Source: Podarcis melisellensis
Lineage: Eukaryota
Assembly (NCBI GenBank): GCA_964234715.1
Contig: OZ174279.1
Length of the DNA: 64,000 nt
Direction: 5' to 3' (one strand)
Positions 13,384-27,600 of this stretch are shown here, piece by piece. A model generated the notes under the pieces. That model saw only the letters and a list, made by a program, of their open reading frames with translations, was not told the origin of the DNA and ran no database searches. Made by a program: the position numbers and the translations under genes. Numbering within the stretch: the stretch's first letter is position 1; every line of letters starts with the position of its first letter.

Positions 13384-13389
13384 AATAAA
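13384..13389 (+). terminator. Candidate ANO7 poly(A) signal AATAAA
   Basis: First AATAAA seen after the tentative stop; followed by a GT/T-rich tract at 13406-13432. Confidence 0.55.
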
Positions 13390-13416
13390 GACAACCACTC
13401 AAAAGCTGTTTCAGGT

Positions 13417-13427
13417 TTTATTTTATT
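13417..13427 (-). terminator. Candidate HDLBP poly(A) signal (two overlapping AATAAA on - strand)
   Basis: tttattttatt on +; GT-rich sequence follows on the - strand; implies a ~2.1-kb 3' UTR. Confidence 0.65.
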
Positions 13428-15531
13428 TTTTTAGAATTTATAAAATTCCAGTGTCATCCATACTCATGAGCCTTTATACATGTTTTGCATATAATCTCCA
13501 AATTCCAAAGTTAAGGCCAAGGGATCATTGCCATGGAAACATAATATGGAAGACATTAAGAGGACATGGAGCACACCTCCGCAGAGCATCTGCTGCAGAC
13601 TACATGGGACAGAGGGGGTAGAGTACTCTCAACAGTTTGAACAAATGGCTGGGTTGGGGGCCATGCTCAATGGCAGTTGAAGCCTAAAAACACATGTGCA
13701 AGTGATGTGACTGACATTCAGACACCAGGTATACTACTGGCAATACATTAAAACACTACTACCCTGTTTGTCTCCTGCTCAGATAGTAAGAGGGCTTGTC
13801 CTGCCCCAAGTGGAATTAGCATAGAGAAACAAATCTCTCCTCCCTTCAGCTAGGTTTACTGAAAGAAAGAGGCTTTCCTTCCTGTTGGGCTAGCGGTCAA
13901 GAAAGACAAGAGCCTTGCAGACCTTTTCCCAGTATGTATTAACGGGGGCATAAGCAATCCTGGGGTTCGGTTCTTAGCTAATGGCTCAGAAAAGCTCTTT
14001 GGAGGGGAAGGGAGGCAGTAGGCAGAGAGCAGAGTTGGCACCAGACCAGCCCTGGCACCAGCACCTTCGGCAGAAAAGATATATATATATATACCATGTA
14101 ATGGCTGGAAGAGCAGCTTTAATACAAGCAGCCTTGTATCTGTTTATGGCAGCAGCTAGAATGCAGAAACTACTGTTGTATGAGGGACATGACAAAAGGA
14201 CAAAAACATTTGCTGCCAGACTACAGAAAGGCCTTTGTTGAATGTAGGTATTCTCTCCTCCCCTCCAAGAGAGGCTTGATTTAAGACTGAACTGCAATCC
14301 AGCTTCTTCAATTTAAGTGAGAGCCACTCCTTACCTGCCTCCCTCCCCAAGGCCTAACTTTTTGTCACAAGACTACAGGCCAAATTATGTGACGTGGTTA
14401 AGACCATCTTAGTAGGAGGGGATGTTTGATGGCATGTAGCCAGGCTGAAGCCACACACAGATCCCTCTGCTCACAGAGGAACAACAGTCATGATAACAGG
14501 AAGCAAGAGGGGCTTGACTGAAGAAGCAGGCCACTGTCATTCCGGCTTGAGGTAGAAAGAAGGCAATAGTAAAAAGCAAAAAAGACACACTCTGAACCCT
14601 GGTATTTAAATGCCATCACTATCAAGCCTGGGGAGGGAAAAAGAGTAATGTACCCTCTAACACCACACTAATAGCTCACCACCTTCTGTGACATGCTACC
14701 ATGGCACTTTTGGTTGAACCAAGTTTTGTTAGACCCAATAATACTGTCAGTTTTCTGGTTCCACTCAGCCATACTACTGCTGGGAAGGGAGAACAAAAAA
14801 GAGTGTACGTGTCCAAACACTGGTGATGAGCCGCGATTCAATACTCACACCAACAAGGGGAGAATTTTGGTACACTCAGCGATGCAGACTAACACAGCAA
14901 GGGTTATGCCCCTCTTAGCACTTCCTGGGGCCGTATCTCCAGGCTGAACCTCCACCTATCCATTCTGGCCGATTTCCTCTCCCATAGCAGTATTAGATGG
15001 GTGCGTTTTTTGTTTGGCAGTTGAAAGGGAAAAGTTGATTGCACTCTACAAAGGTAAGGCCTTGGAGAAACAGGGCAGGAGGGGAAAAGAGCAAATATTT
15101 TGGCTTTGTAGAAAGTTGAGGAAATGCATTTCCTGAGGTTGAGAGACAGGAAGTAGATTCCTAGCTGCAGTGAGGAGATCTCCTAATGGAGCCTAGAGTG
15201 CTTTTTGCAAGGTGTACCTGGGAGGTTTGGTTACTACACCATGGCCAACATGAGATTGAGTGAAAAGTTGAAAGGCAAAAAAAAATAATGTATGTGTTTT
15301 AGGTTGGAATCTACGTGGAAAGTTTCTTCCAGGGCAAGGAGAAAGGAAAGAGTCAAACTGAAGCATAGTGAGGCCTAAGCGCAGGGACAACAGAGAACCT
15401 CAAAAGGGGTAGCACTCTAGTTTCATTAAGAGACCCCCATGGGCAATCTGCACTGGATCCAGCCACTAGATCAGAATTCAGAAAGGAAACCTTGTGGCAG
15501 GTGGCTGGACAAGATTGCTGCTTCCACGCTA

Positions 15532-15618
15532 TTACCGCTTAGGACCCCAAGGTAGAGTTTTGGGGGCCACCTGAGCTCCAAAACTTGGGAAATCTTCAGA
15601 ACTGGTCATGTCAGGGGC
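15532..15618 (-). CDS. HDLBP: HDLBP last coding exon (APDMTSSEDFPSFG...GPKR*)
   Basis: tacag acceptor; TAA followed by TAG. Confidence 0.95.
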   Translation of the reverse strand, partial: APDMTSSEDFPSFGAQVAPKTLPWGPKR

Positions 15619-18600
15619 CTGTAAGGAAACAAAAGCCAAAACCATAACTAGTACAAGTGCTATTGCTGCATTAAACAACATCACTGACTGTACAGGAAGA
15701 GGAACTTAACTTCTCTACAGATCACTACCAGCCCCGAAAATGCACCAAGAATGATAAGCTTTGAAGGTAGTGTCTCATCCACTGCTACTACAGACAGCTT
15801 GAGGGAAGATTTTTCCAACAATAGTAAAGCAGCCTCTTCCAAGATGAGCCTTTAAAAAAAACCAGCTGCACACTCAAGAATGAGGGCAGAGCAATACAAA
15901 CCTCCCTTCAAATGGGGTGGGTGGAGGGTTTGGACTGGAGAGAGGGAACTCTCCAGGCTAAAGCTGGCTTGGTCTCACTGCCATCATGTGACAGCATCAG
16001 GCCCAACTGCCCTGCACCCCTTTTTCTGTGGCAGCTACCCTGCCTGCAGGGAATGAGGATATAGAATAGAGTTCTACAGTAGTATGATGCAGAAGCAGGA
16101 TGGTGGAGGTTGCAATAATCCACACCAGTGTTCATAACCCATTGGCAATTTACAGTTTTTTTATGAGTGGCGCTGGGAGGAGTAATTGGCTAGGTTAAGA
16201 TGTATCTGGCCTAGCGTCTCAGGTTGTAGTGCAAAAATTCCTGGCAGCTAGGGGGAAACAGACACTGTTGGAGGGCAGGTATTGGGAAGAGAGGGAAAAG
16301 GATAATAAAAACAAAGGATGACAGAAGAGAGGGGCATACGTATTGCGCTTTTCAGGGGTCAGGTGTGTATCGACTTCCATAGTCCATTTTGCACCTGTGT
16401 GCTGGCCCCCTAACCGGATACAAACATTATGACAACAAAAGTGGTGCCAGAGTCTCTCGCACCACTCCATTTCCCCTTTCCCCTCCTTTTTTCACTCTAC
16501 ACACTAATAAGAGGATTGACTCTTAACATCATAATGAGGACTCATCTCTCCAGCCGAAGTCCTGGCCATCCTTTCAGTACAAAAGGTAACTATCGAGGAA
16601 GCAGCACCTACCTTCTCGGTGTTTCCTGGTGTCCAGGGGGCATCTCTCACGACAAATCCCTTTGATGCAGCCTTAGCTTCCCCATGAGCAGGTGGTTTCA
16701 TGTAGACTTGCATTGCCTCATTGTCCACCACATCTGCCAGCTGCAACACCATACAAACAAGTGTGGTCCAAGTTAGAGATGTTTATCGCAACACAAATTC
16801 ATGTGTATTTCCCCACACACACACACACTGCAAAAGGAGCAGTATTTTCTTGATATCACCCATATGTGGTGTATACATAAGATGCAAGCTGAGAAGTTTG
16901 GAAGGTCCACATACTGGTGTCTCTCAAGTACTAAAAACTACATGGATTTAAGAACTCTGACACTCACATATTCCTCCTCCAGGTTCAGGATATGATCAAT
17001 GGCTTCCTCCACATTCTCAGGGAGTCCAGTCACAGTCACACAATTTGGATCAGCAGCTCCACTCTGGGGGAAGCGGATGTCCACCTGGAATGACAAAGAT
17101 TTCAGATCAGCTAACAAATTAAGAGAAAATAGGTCTTTAATTGTCTCATTTCCCTGCATGCCATACACCAAAAGGCTAGAGAAAGCAGAGTGATGAAGAC
17201 AATACCAGAATATTGAGCGGCCTGGCTTAATTTGTTTAGGTCCCCATATAATAGCGATGGGAGAATCAGTAGTCTTCAAGACGGTGTTGAACTACAACTC
17301 CCATCACACCCAGCCTGCATGGGACAATCAGGGATGATGGGAGTTGTAGGTCATCAAGATGGGCAGCGGGATAAAGTGGCACACAGGCTCCCTATCCCTG
17401 GCATATAAATCAAGTTGTAGTCATCTTTTCACAGTTGTACAGATTTTGTTTTCTGTGCAGTGACTGAGTGGAAGCCCTGTCTTGTGCAATTCAGTTGAAT
17501 CATCAACATTTTTTCCTGACATGCTCTTAAAGGTGTTTGAACACCATCTACAGTTACTCCTAAAAGCAAGAGTGCATGTCTGTGCAGCCACTAAGTTATT
17601 TTCTCACTACAGTTGTACATTGGAAGTCGAACGGAATCTTTTCCGGAAGTCCGTTCGACTTCCAAAATGTTCAGAAAGCAAAGTGTGGAACTCCTGCAGC
17701 CAATCAGAAGCCACGGAAGCTCCATCGGACGTTCTGCTTCCAAAAATAGTTCACAAACCGGAACACTCATGTTTGGGTTTGCGGTGTTCAGGAGCCAAAA
17801 CGTCTGAGTACCAAGGCATTCAACACCAAGGCTCGTGCTCATAATCTCACTGCACAACCAACCAAGTGCCAGGGTTCTTGAATGCATTCATTACACTCAG
17901 CAAAAATAAACACCTCTGTTGTCACAGATGACAACATATGTCTATCAGATACCATGTGCCCTTTACATACCTTGAACTCATCCATGATCTTGCGGATGGC
18001 TTTTCCCCGCGCTCCAATAATGCGGGCATGAACACGATGGTCCAGAGTGATGTCCTCAGATACCATCTGCTCCAATTCACCAACAATCTTCATGATGGCA
18101 TCTCGGGCAGATTCAGTATTCTTCTCATAACCAGTGATGGTGATCTGATCCTGGGACTGAGGCGGAAGTTTGAAGAGTTAGTCCCAGGCCCTTAAAGACA
18201 GCAGCACATAGCACAGGCCTCTGTGGCACGCAAAGGCCAATAGCCTGACAAGGCTGCCAAAGAGGCCATGAGGGAAATTGAGCAGACGGTGCTCATTGGA
18301 GCTCTGCTCAAAGGAAAGCCCCCTCCATTCTGTGGATGTGGGTAAACAGCCTCCGCCATACCAGCCGCTCTCGCAGAGTTCCTCACCTGAGATTCATCAT
18401 CCTTATCTGGAAACTGTATAGTGACATCATGCTCTGTGCGGATTTGAGTGATCACAGCCCCTTTCCTGCCAATGATTTTAGGGTGGTATCTGGGCTCCAC
18501 AGCAACAGTCAGCTTAAAATTTCGCAAAGCCTAGAACGATCAAGAGGGATGTTTTTAAGGAGCTGCACAGCTGCTGCCTCTAATTAGGTGAATTATTTGT

Positions 18601-21600
18601 ATCCAACTTTGGTAAATGTCAGATTTAGCTACATAACAAAGGAGTCCTCATACAATAGTAAAAAATATGTTTAACTCCCATCACCTAGAGCTGATAATGC
18701 CTTAATATCAAGCCCTTGCTCACATGGTTTTAATTTTTAGAAAACGTATTGGAACATTGGACCTGAATCACACAAAACTTGCACCTTGCATTGTAAACAC
18801 TGGTCTTCATAAGAAGTATTATCTTACAAGCCCACAGAGCATCCCTGCCTCCTGTTGTCTCTCCCATATTGGGAGAATACTTTTGCCTTAGCCTTCCACT
18901 CTCTTCTAGGTGGCAGCGATGTTATATAAACCTCTTAGATTTAAATCTTAAAAGGTAAAGGTAAAGGTACCCCTGACCGTTATGTCCAGTCGCGAATGAC
19001 TCTGGGGTTGTGCACTCATCTCGCTTTATTGGCCAAGGGAGCCGGCGTACAGCTTCTGGGTCATGTGGCCAGCATGACTAAGCCGCTTCTGGCGAACCAA
19101 AGCAGCGCACAGAAACGCCGTTTACCTTCCCGCTGGAGCAGTACCTATTTATCTACTTGCACTTTTTGATGTGCTTTTGAACTGTTAGGTTGGCAGGAGC
19201 AGGGACCGAGTAACAGGAGCTCACCCCATTGCAGTGATTCAAACCGCCAACCTTCCGATCAGCAAGTCCTAGGGCTCTGTGGTTTAGACCACAGCGCTAC
19301 CCACGACCCATAGACTTAAATCTTTTTACTCCTAATTCTCACGCTCCAAATTATTAAAGCCCTTGGCTCATTTTTCCTCCTTTGTTTTGCTTTATACCAT
19401 CTCTTCATGCCCACACCAAGCTTTTCCTTGCAACCAGACTCAAAATTTCATGATTCAGAAATGTTGTTTTGGTACATGGTCTGGGACTTCAATCTAAGCT
19501 TCAACTGCAAGTTCTGCCAATTGAGGCAGTGCTAAGACAGCAACAGTGACTGCATGGCAGGAATACATACTAACCCAGAACTACAGAGAGCCACACTCCT
19601 CACCTTCCAATATTAGGCATTAAAGCATTGTCTGCATTAACTCATCCTGCTTAAGGCTGCTGACAAGATCCCACAGTCTCTTCCCACAGCACCACTCTTA
19701 AATAAAGCAGGACTAAAATATAGATCTTTTAATTGTTTTTAATATGACAAGGCAGCTGGGAGAGACTGACAAATCACAATGGTTCCGGCACAACACATAC
19801 CCGATCCTCTTGCTCAGCTTGCAGCTCCTTCACCCTCTCAAGAAGTCTGGCCTTGGCACGGTCCAGGTTAGCAGCAAGCCCACTGATAGAGATGATGTCA
19901 GACTGAAGCTCTGGGGCAGGGACTTGGATGTTCACCTACAAAAAATTCCAGGCAGCTATCATTATGCCAGGAGTGGGCAGTTGTTGTATAGGAGCATCTT
20001 TGCAGCCACCCATAACCTTCACAATCAATATTTCTTCAAAGAACTGGAATTCTCAAGTACTTAAAATTGCAACACCCCCCCCAAAAAAAACCCACTCTTA
20101 ATGTATCATTGCTGGGTTTATACAGGCTACTTTAGTTTCTTATAGCACAAAAAAACACTACAATGAACAACAGGAAATATGTTATTGTACATCTCAGGTG
20201 CATGTTGCAAACACATGGAGGAAAAATTGTGCTTGACCTCTTCAGTGGTCTTAAGACTGTTTCAACATTAGGATAATCAGTAAGAGTGGTATTCATATTT
20301 TGGCCTATCTGTTCTCCAAAGCCCCAAAATGGAAGGAGTCAACAGAGAGCCTGCTCACCTCAAACTCGTCCATCATTTTCCTGATTCCAACGCCCTTCTG
20401 ACCAATGATGAAACGATGAAGGTCAAAAGGAACTTCTACTTCAATGGTAACTGGAACCAGTGCCTGAAGAGGAAAGGCTGAAATTACACCAGCTGCAGAA
20501 CTTATAAGCAAAAGAATCACTTTGTCAACAAGTACTTGTCCAGAACCCACCAAACAAACTCTTATCCCAGCAACACATGAAGCTGTCAAACCAAAGCCAT
20601 AGAGTAAAATAATATTCAAGATATTGAGTGTGGGTGCTGCATAAAATGTCCCACAGATAATCACCTCAAGAGGTCAATTATTTTACCTTTTCCACTCAGG
20701 CCAACATCCTGCTTCTTCAGTGGAAATTATTTAATAGTCCCTGCAGCCATGTACAATTAAAAGATCCTTATGATCAAAATATGGCTGGGCCATTTTACAG
20801 CACCTAGTAAGCAAAGCTGTATTTTTTCAGGGCATAGCAGCCAACAAATAATCTTACCTGCAGGGCTTCTTTTGCTGCCTCACACTTCTCTCGACGACCA
20901 GAGATTATGATAGTATCACATTTCTTTGGGGAGCCAGGATCTGTTTCTTTGTTCTCCTTCCCTTCTCCACCCTCTTTGCCATTCTCCTGGGCTGGCGACT
21001 CTGCAGTGGGAGCTATGATCACAGAGGTGAGAAGAGTGACTACATTTTCAACTGGTTAGCCTGAAGTTGCCGGCTTGTTATCTCCAGGGCACCCAGGGGT
21101 ATGGATTGTTCTCACTGTAAAATTCCTGGCCTAGGCAGATCATAGAAAAGCCATGTCTGAAGTGCCACTTATCATTATCCTCTGTTAAAAATGCAAGAGC
21201 CAACTTCCACACCAAGTTTCTTTGGTTTCCCAGTAGTGATGTCTGGCTGGCTGGCATCTTGGATGTGGCCTACTGCTCATAAATGAACTACAAAGAATTA
21301 CCCACATAAATTGTCAGTTCTCAATGTGTGGTGGGATAGCCTTATTTGGAGAGGCACAGAATCATTAAGAGTTTGCCATGTTTTCCCTTCTACCTTGGCT
21401 TTTGGAAGACGATTAACCAACTCTGAAAGTATGCTGCCCTTAAGACAAGTCTGTAGTAAATGGAGGCCACATTCAGCCGACTCCCAAGGCAACACATCTG
21501 GGTTTAAGGAAATTGCGTTGCTTAAAAAAAACAACAACCCTATGAAAAATACCCATTTCACTTCTAAAGCACGATTACAGATTTTCACAGCTCTGAAAGC

Positions 21601-24600
21601 ATCTCAGAAGATATGAGGCACTTTTGTGTTGCTCCCCACCCCCGCAGGTGCCTGCTTTTACTGGCAGGCTTGTAAGATCTCGTACCCACGTTCTCCTCCC
21701 GGTCTGGGAATTTGATCTGAACACCATGGTCGCGGGTGATCTGCTGGATCCTGGAACCTTTGGGGCCCATTATAGAGCGGTGATACTTCTGAAGAATGGT
21801 GCATTCTATTGTCACCTGGGCTTCCTAGGGGGAGGAGAAAAGAATTTATTCCTATTTTTATCCCACTTTCCAGATAATGATTGCCTCCCAAAGTAACTCA
21901 CATCAATTTTAAACTCTACGGGATGAGATGATCCCTCACTTCCTGTGTGTGCTGTTTTAGGGTGTGACCTGACCCCACCAGAGCCAATCTCAGGGGGCCC
22001 AGCCCTATGGGCAAAAGGACACCCTCCTGCTGATGAGGTGAATCCTGCTCAATATTTTCAGAAGATTCGTGCGTTATACCATTTTTATTACTGTGATTTT
22101 TATCAACTTCTCACAGTGTCCTTCTGCGGCGTGCCTTCCAATACTGCCAAATGTTCCTTTTAGAATGTCTCTGTTTTCCTTGACAATCTCATCTCTGTCC
22201 TTAGGACAGCAAAGTTCTATGGGGTTTTTGGTTATGTATTCAATCTGCCAGGATCAGATTGCATGCTGTACTGCATTTATGAATTGTTTGTTTGTTGACT
22301 ATAATGTGTGCAATAATGGAAGAAAAGTATGACTGCTAGGAAATACATGCCAGGGTTATAAGAAATTAAATCACAAAGAACAGGTTCCTGCACGTCACGG
22401 TCAGACTGTTCCAGCAAACCCTTTCTTTACTTTGGCTGCAATTAGAAGGCTATAATTAGTAATTAAGAATTCTTGCCTAAAGCTTAGAATCTAAAGAGGC
22501 TAGTTTCTCAGGTGTTATGAGTGTTTATGATACACCCAGTTTTTGTTTTTTTTAATAAATGCTAGACCAAAACAGAAACAAAAACACCTAGACTAGAAAA
22601 AAGTGACCATGGGGAAGAGAGGCTCCTCTAACATGGACACTCACCAAGTCATCAATGATCTCCAAGATGCGCTTCTTTGCCGCTTCCACACAGTCCTTTG
22701 CTCCTTTAAGGGTGACCTTGTCACTCTGTGTGCCGGGGCGTGGAAAGCTGACCATCACACCCCCATACTCCTCTGCAATGGTCCGTAGCACCTGCCCTTT
22801 CCGGATGACAAAGTGCCGGTGATGCTTAGGGTCCACCGTCATGGAATCTTCAATCACATTGTCCTAAAACACACAAGGCATCGTCATTGCCTGAAAATTC
22901 TCCAGGGCAATTATCTCCCTTAAGTCCATATGTCAACATCAAAAGGTTATGAAAAGATCCTTTTCCTCACCAGGTTCTTGATGAGCACTTCCAGCTCCTT
23001 CTGGGCCTCTTTGACAGCTTCCTCTGTTCCCATGATAGTAATCAGCTCCTGATCTTTGTCCTCCGAGGTGGGGAAGATAATCCGGGCACCAGTATTATCA
23101 CGCACCTTGCGGATGTTACCGCCTCCTTTGCCAATCAGGAACTTGTGGTACTCCGGTTTGGCACGCAAGTCCACAGTATAACTCTTTGTTTGCTAAACAG
23201 CAGGAATAAACAAAAATAAACACATCAGGATTTGGAGGTATTTCTTTACATTCTTGTTGCCATTTCTACTGGAGAAAACTAATATGACAGTCCTACTGAA
23301 AAATCTGTGGAGGTTAACGGCTTTGAGATCCAGATGCTCGGAATAAATCAGGTTAAAAGCCCTTTTCAAGGCATGAAAGGTAGGAGTTAAGCAATGTTCA
23401 TACACAGAAGCAGAACTCTGTTGGCAGGTTTCAGAGTTGCACTATTAGCTTGCACAGATGGTCGGTCTCTGCACTGCTCTGGGGTTTTTCATGACACCCC
23501 CAGAGCCAAATTCAGTTGGGGGGGGACATGGGTGGGAAGCACCTTTGCACAGGGTTTCTGCTGACGTGGTTTGTTAGGTGAATCCTGCCCTGTATACTTA
23601 AACAAACAAACACTGCAGTCCAGCAAAAGTCAAATTATCTGTACAAATCATGCTAAATTGAATAAGTTTGCATATAGCTACTTTGCTTGTCACAGGAAAT
23701 ATTCCAATGGCTCTATAAGCAATCCCCTCTATGCATGTGCAGCGGGTGCTCACGTTAGAGAGGATCATGCCCTAAATATATGTACAATGAATACTTTTTC
23801 TAAAGTTAGATGATAAAACCTGGGAAGCTGTTTGATGTAGAGTTAGACCATTAGTCTACCTAGCTCCGTATCATTTACTGTGTGTGGCAGTGGCTCTCCA
23901 AGGTTTCAGAAACAAGCCCTTTCTTGCCCTATCTGGGAGATGCCAGGAACTGACGCCGGAACCTTTTGCATGCAAAGAAAGTACTCTGTCCCATCATTTC
24001 AGCGCTCTTCCACCACACCCTCAAAGGGCGGTACAGAGGAGAGTAGAACCAGAGAAGACTTCTGTTCAAATCTCTGCTTAATCCCTGACACTCACTGTGA
24101 CCTTGGACAAGACACTTTCTCTCAACTCTTAACCACCCCTGAGAGTTGCTACGAGGGCTACCTTCAACTGCACCGAAGAACGAACTGAGAGCTGCATATG
24201 TAGTAAAAGACAAATGAAATGCTTCGTCTGCTAGAAACCAGGAAAGTATGCCAAAGAAAGTGCTTTGAGATTCTGCATTGGCTCTGAATTTGCCTCTAGT
24301 GGAGAGACCAGCCTCAGGGCTGCAGACAAATGGAGTGAGACATTATAGCTAGACAGAGGAGCTCAACAGCAGCTTGCTGTTAAGTAACCTGACAGGGCCA
24401 AACGCCCTGCCATTAAATGCAGCGTAGGCAGATTCCACCTGTTCTGCAGATTTAGGACATGCTGTTTTCAAAGCAGCACCTAAGAACTTGCACGTAAAGG
24501 GTGTTTATTTAGTTAGTAAACAGAGAGAGTCAGTTCTGAGTAGCTCAGGATGAAGCCTGGGCCTGTAAAGTTCCAGGAAGTTGCTCTGAAGGCTCCAAGA

Positions 24601-27600
24601 GAAGCCAAAATTCCAGACAAGCTGCATATTCTTTCGTACCCAGCTGAGTCTCCAACAGAAGGAAGGAGCAGCTCAAGTTGCCCCCCCCCTTTCAAGTATA
24701 AATATAGTCAGCTGCAATTATTAAAGCAATGATCCCCTGCTCCAAACACTAGACAAAGCGAGCGAGGGAGAACTTTTTCATAGCACAGTGACGTACAATA
24801 AATTCTCAATCACCTTTAGCAACCCTGTTGGATTAACTATTAGCAAGAAGGGAATAAATTTCGGGAGCAGCCATATTTTAGTGGCAGAGTAAATGTACTG
24901 CATGTCTGATCTTTGAGTCCATAGTTAAATTGCCTTTAGGTAGCAGGTCCAGGCAAGATCTATGCCTGAGACCCTGGAGCACTAATTCTAGTTAGAAGAG
25001 ACCAGGAGTTCTCAAACTTTCTATCCCCAGGGATCACTTGAGAGAGCTGAAAATTTCTAAGGCCCATCAGTCAAAATATGATGGTATGGGGCACAGCCAG
25101 CGACAAAATGGAAGCAGAGTTTGGCATAATAGGCTAGCAACTGCCAACTTTATTTCCTATTAGTAGTTAATCCCCCACTGGGAATATGTAAATTTTTGCC
25201 GCAGTGATTTCCTTGTGACCACAAATCCAGAGCTTATCCATAGGAACTGTGCCGGCAGCACCTATTTTTCCACATCCACGGTTCCTACCTTCTCTTCTGC
25301 CAGTTGTAGGAGCTGTTTCTTGGCCTTTTCAACGTCCTGGGCAGGGCCCCTGATGGTGACTGTATCGCTGCCGGAGCCTTCTATGGGGAAGTGGATGTGA
25401 ACCCCACCACATTCCTCCATGATGGAGCGGATGAAACGACCTTTGGCACCAATGAGCGAGTTGTGCAGCTTGGAAGGAATGGAGACCTCCACCTCTGCAA
25501 TGTTAGCCTGGGGCAACAGCAAGGGGGCAGGGAGAGGCACGGACAGAAAAGAAGAGGTATTTAGGCTTTCCCCCCTCTTCCCTCATGCAGAGAAATTGTA
25601 GGAAGGCACAAAGAACTCCCTCTCCCCAACTATGTGCTCAGGAAGTCCTCCCCACCCTCATTATTTCTTATTCAAAACTAAGACTGGCAGAGGGAATCTG
25701 GGACTCATGCCAGGAACCAGCTGGATGTGTCAGCAAATGACAGTCACTGACTGCATCAGGCAGCACTACCCCCACAGAAGCACGCCTATGTGCTTCAACA
25801 CGGAGTTCTAGGGGAGTGTCCTCCTCACAGCAAAAGGAATAGCTGTTATTCAGAGATACCTTCATATTAAACCTCAGATCAGATGGATGTAAGTTGAAAA
25901 ATCCTGCCCTTTCGTCTCTTTTTTACAGAGGTCCTCAATTCATTGCATATTAAATGCACACAGAACAACCTGTTTAGGTTTCTCTTTTCTCAGCTGCTGG
26001 TGAAAGTGGCAGAAGGAAAGTGGAGAGAAGAACTGAAGCATCAACAGCACATTGCTTAAAACATACCTCTGCTGCTTTCAAACAAATACCTAAAGAGCTA
26101 GCCACAAAATATGGCTGGCTGCTCAATTTCTGCATGCCAGCGATGAGAGGGCAGATATGACATGGCAATTCTTTTTGCCTGAGAGGGTTCTATTTAAAGG
26201 TAAAAGATTTCTGATCCAGTAGCAGGGGGAAAGCAGGCAAGAGGACAACCTGAAAATGCAGGGATGTGAAAGCTACAGTCCTCCAAATGTCATTAGACTG
26301 TAATCATCCCTCATCACCTTTGGTTATGCTGGTTGGGACCAATGGGACTTGTAATCAAACAGCAGCATCAGAGGGCTATAGGTCCCCCATCCTTGTGCCA
26401 AAACAATGTGTTTCAGATATACTTTGAGATCTTCAGCATGGAGGGGTTTCTGGCTCTATGTTCATTCTACATGTTTACTGTAGAAGATGTACTATATAAA
26501 CATATTTATTTTATGGTCAGTCAACAAGGGTTTCCATAGTATATAGTGTTCAGTGGGTTGTTGTTTTTAGTTGTAGCACACACCGTACTACATGGGGAGG
26601 GGAATCCCTTGAGGAAAAGCTTCCAAAGAATCTAAACTGCTGTGATTCAAGGACTTAAGTGCAACTCTAAATCAGTAACTGACAGAAACCTCCCACAAAG
26701 CCACCACCACAAAATCTCTCTTGCAAATAAACAGTGTGATTATTTCTCAGAACTGCTACCTCTTCAAATTTGACTTCTGGAATTTACTTCATAATCCCTT
26801 TCCACTTGAGGGTTACTGTAATACAAGCCCAAACATCTTCCCAGCATTGTGACCTTTTGATTATGTGGCTTTTATCAGGAACAGTTGAGGGGCAACCAAG
26901 ATCTTTTGATTTCTGGATGGCAGTTCACCTGGAATATTTGGTGAGTGATGTCCAATAAAGCCAAAAGGAAAACTAACACACATGCCCCCAAGAAAACCAA
27001 GACGTTGCCCAAGAAAGTTGTGGTTTCTCTAAGGAAACTGAATCAATCTGCATGCAACTATTTTTTTTTACTGGAATTGGTAATAGCTGTTATGCTGAAA
27101 GGGCTGTTTGTCTTACCAACTCTTTTTGGATGGAGAGAATCCGATTGCGAGCAGCTTCACAGTTGGCTCTTTTCCCTGTAATGATAATTGTCTCCGAATT
27201 GCTGTTCTCTGCTGGGAGATCAATCTTGGTGCTGCATTCTTCACGGATCTACAGCAAAGACAAAAAAAAAAGTTAAAGGAACAGACATGGCTGCCTCCTG
27301 GACCAAATATCTAACAGGAGGTATCAGAAATACTGAGAAGAGAAGTAACAAACTACAAGGATAACAAGGAAGAATCAAGGAAGTCTCACCTTTTTGATAT
27401 TTGCACCTCCTTTCCCAATGATGTTCTTGTGGAATTGTTTGAAGATGGGAACTGAAATGGAGTAGCTGTTTTCAACCTTACAAGAAAGGAAGCATGGATG
27501 AATGAATGGAATAAAGAACAGACACAAAGTTGTATGAGCAAATGTGACTTTGCCTATGTTTTACTCATTTCTCTGGTGAAGTCTTCCTTTGCCCACGTGG

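Noticed and set aside
15529-15534. Tandem stops TAA-TAG after HDLBP
   Set aside because: Common, with no read-through context
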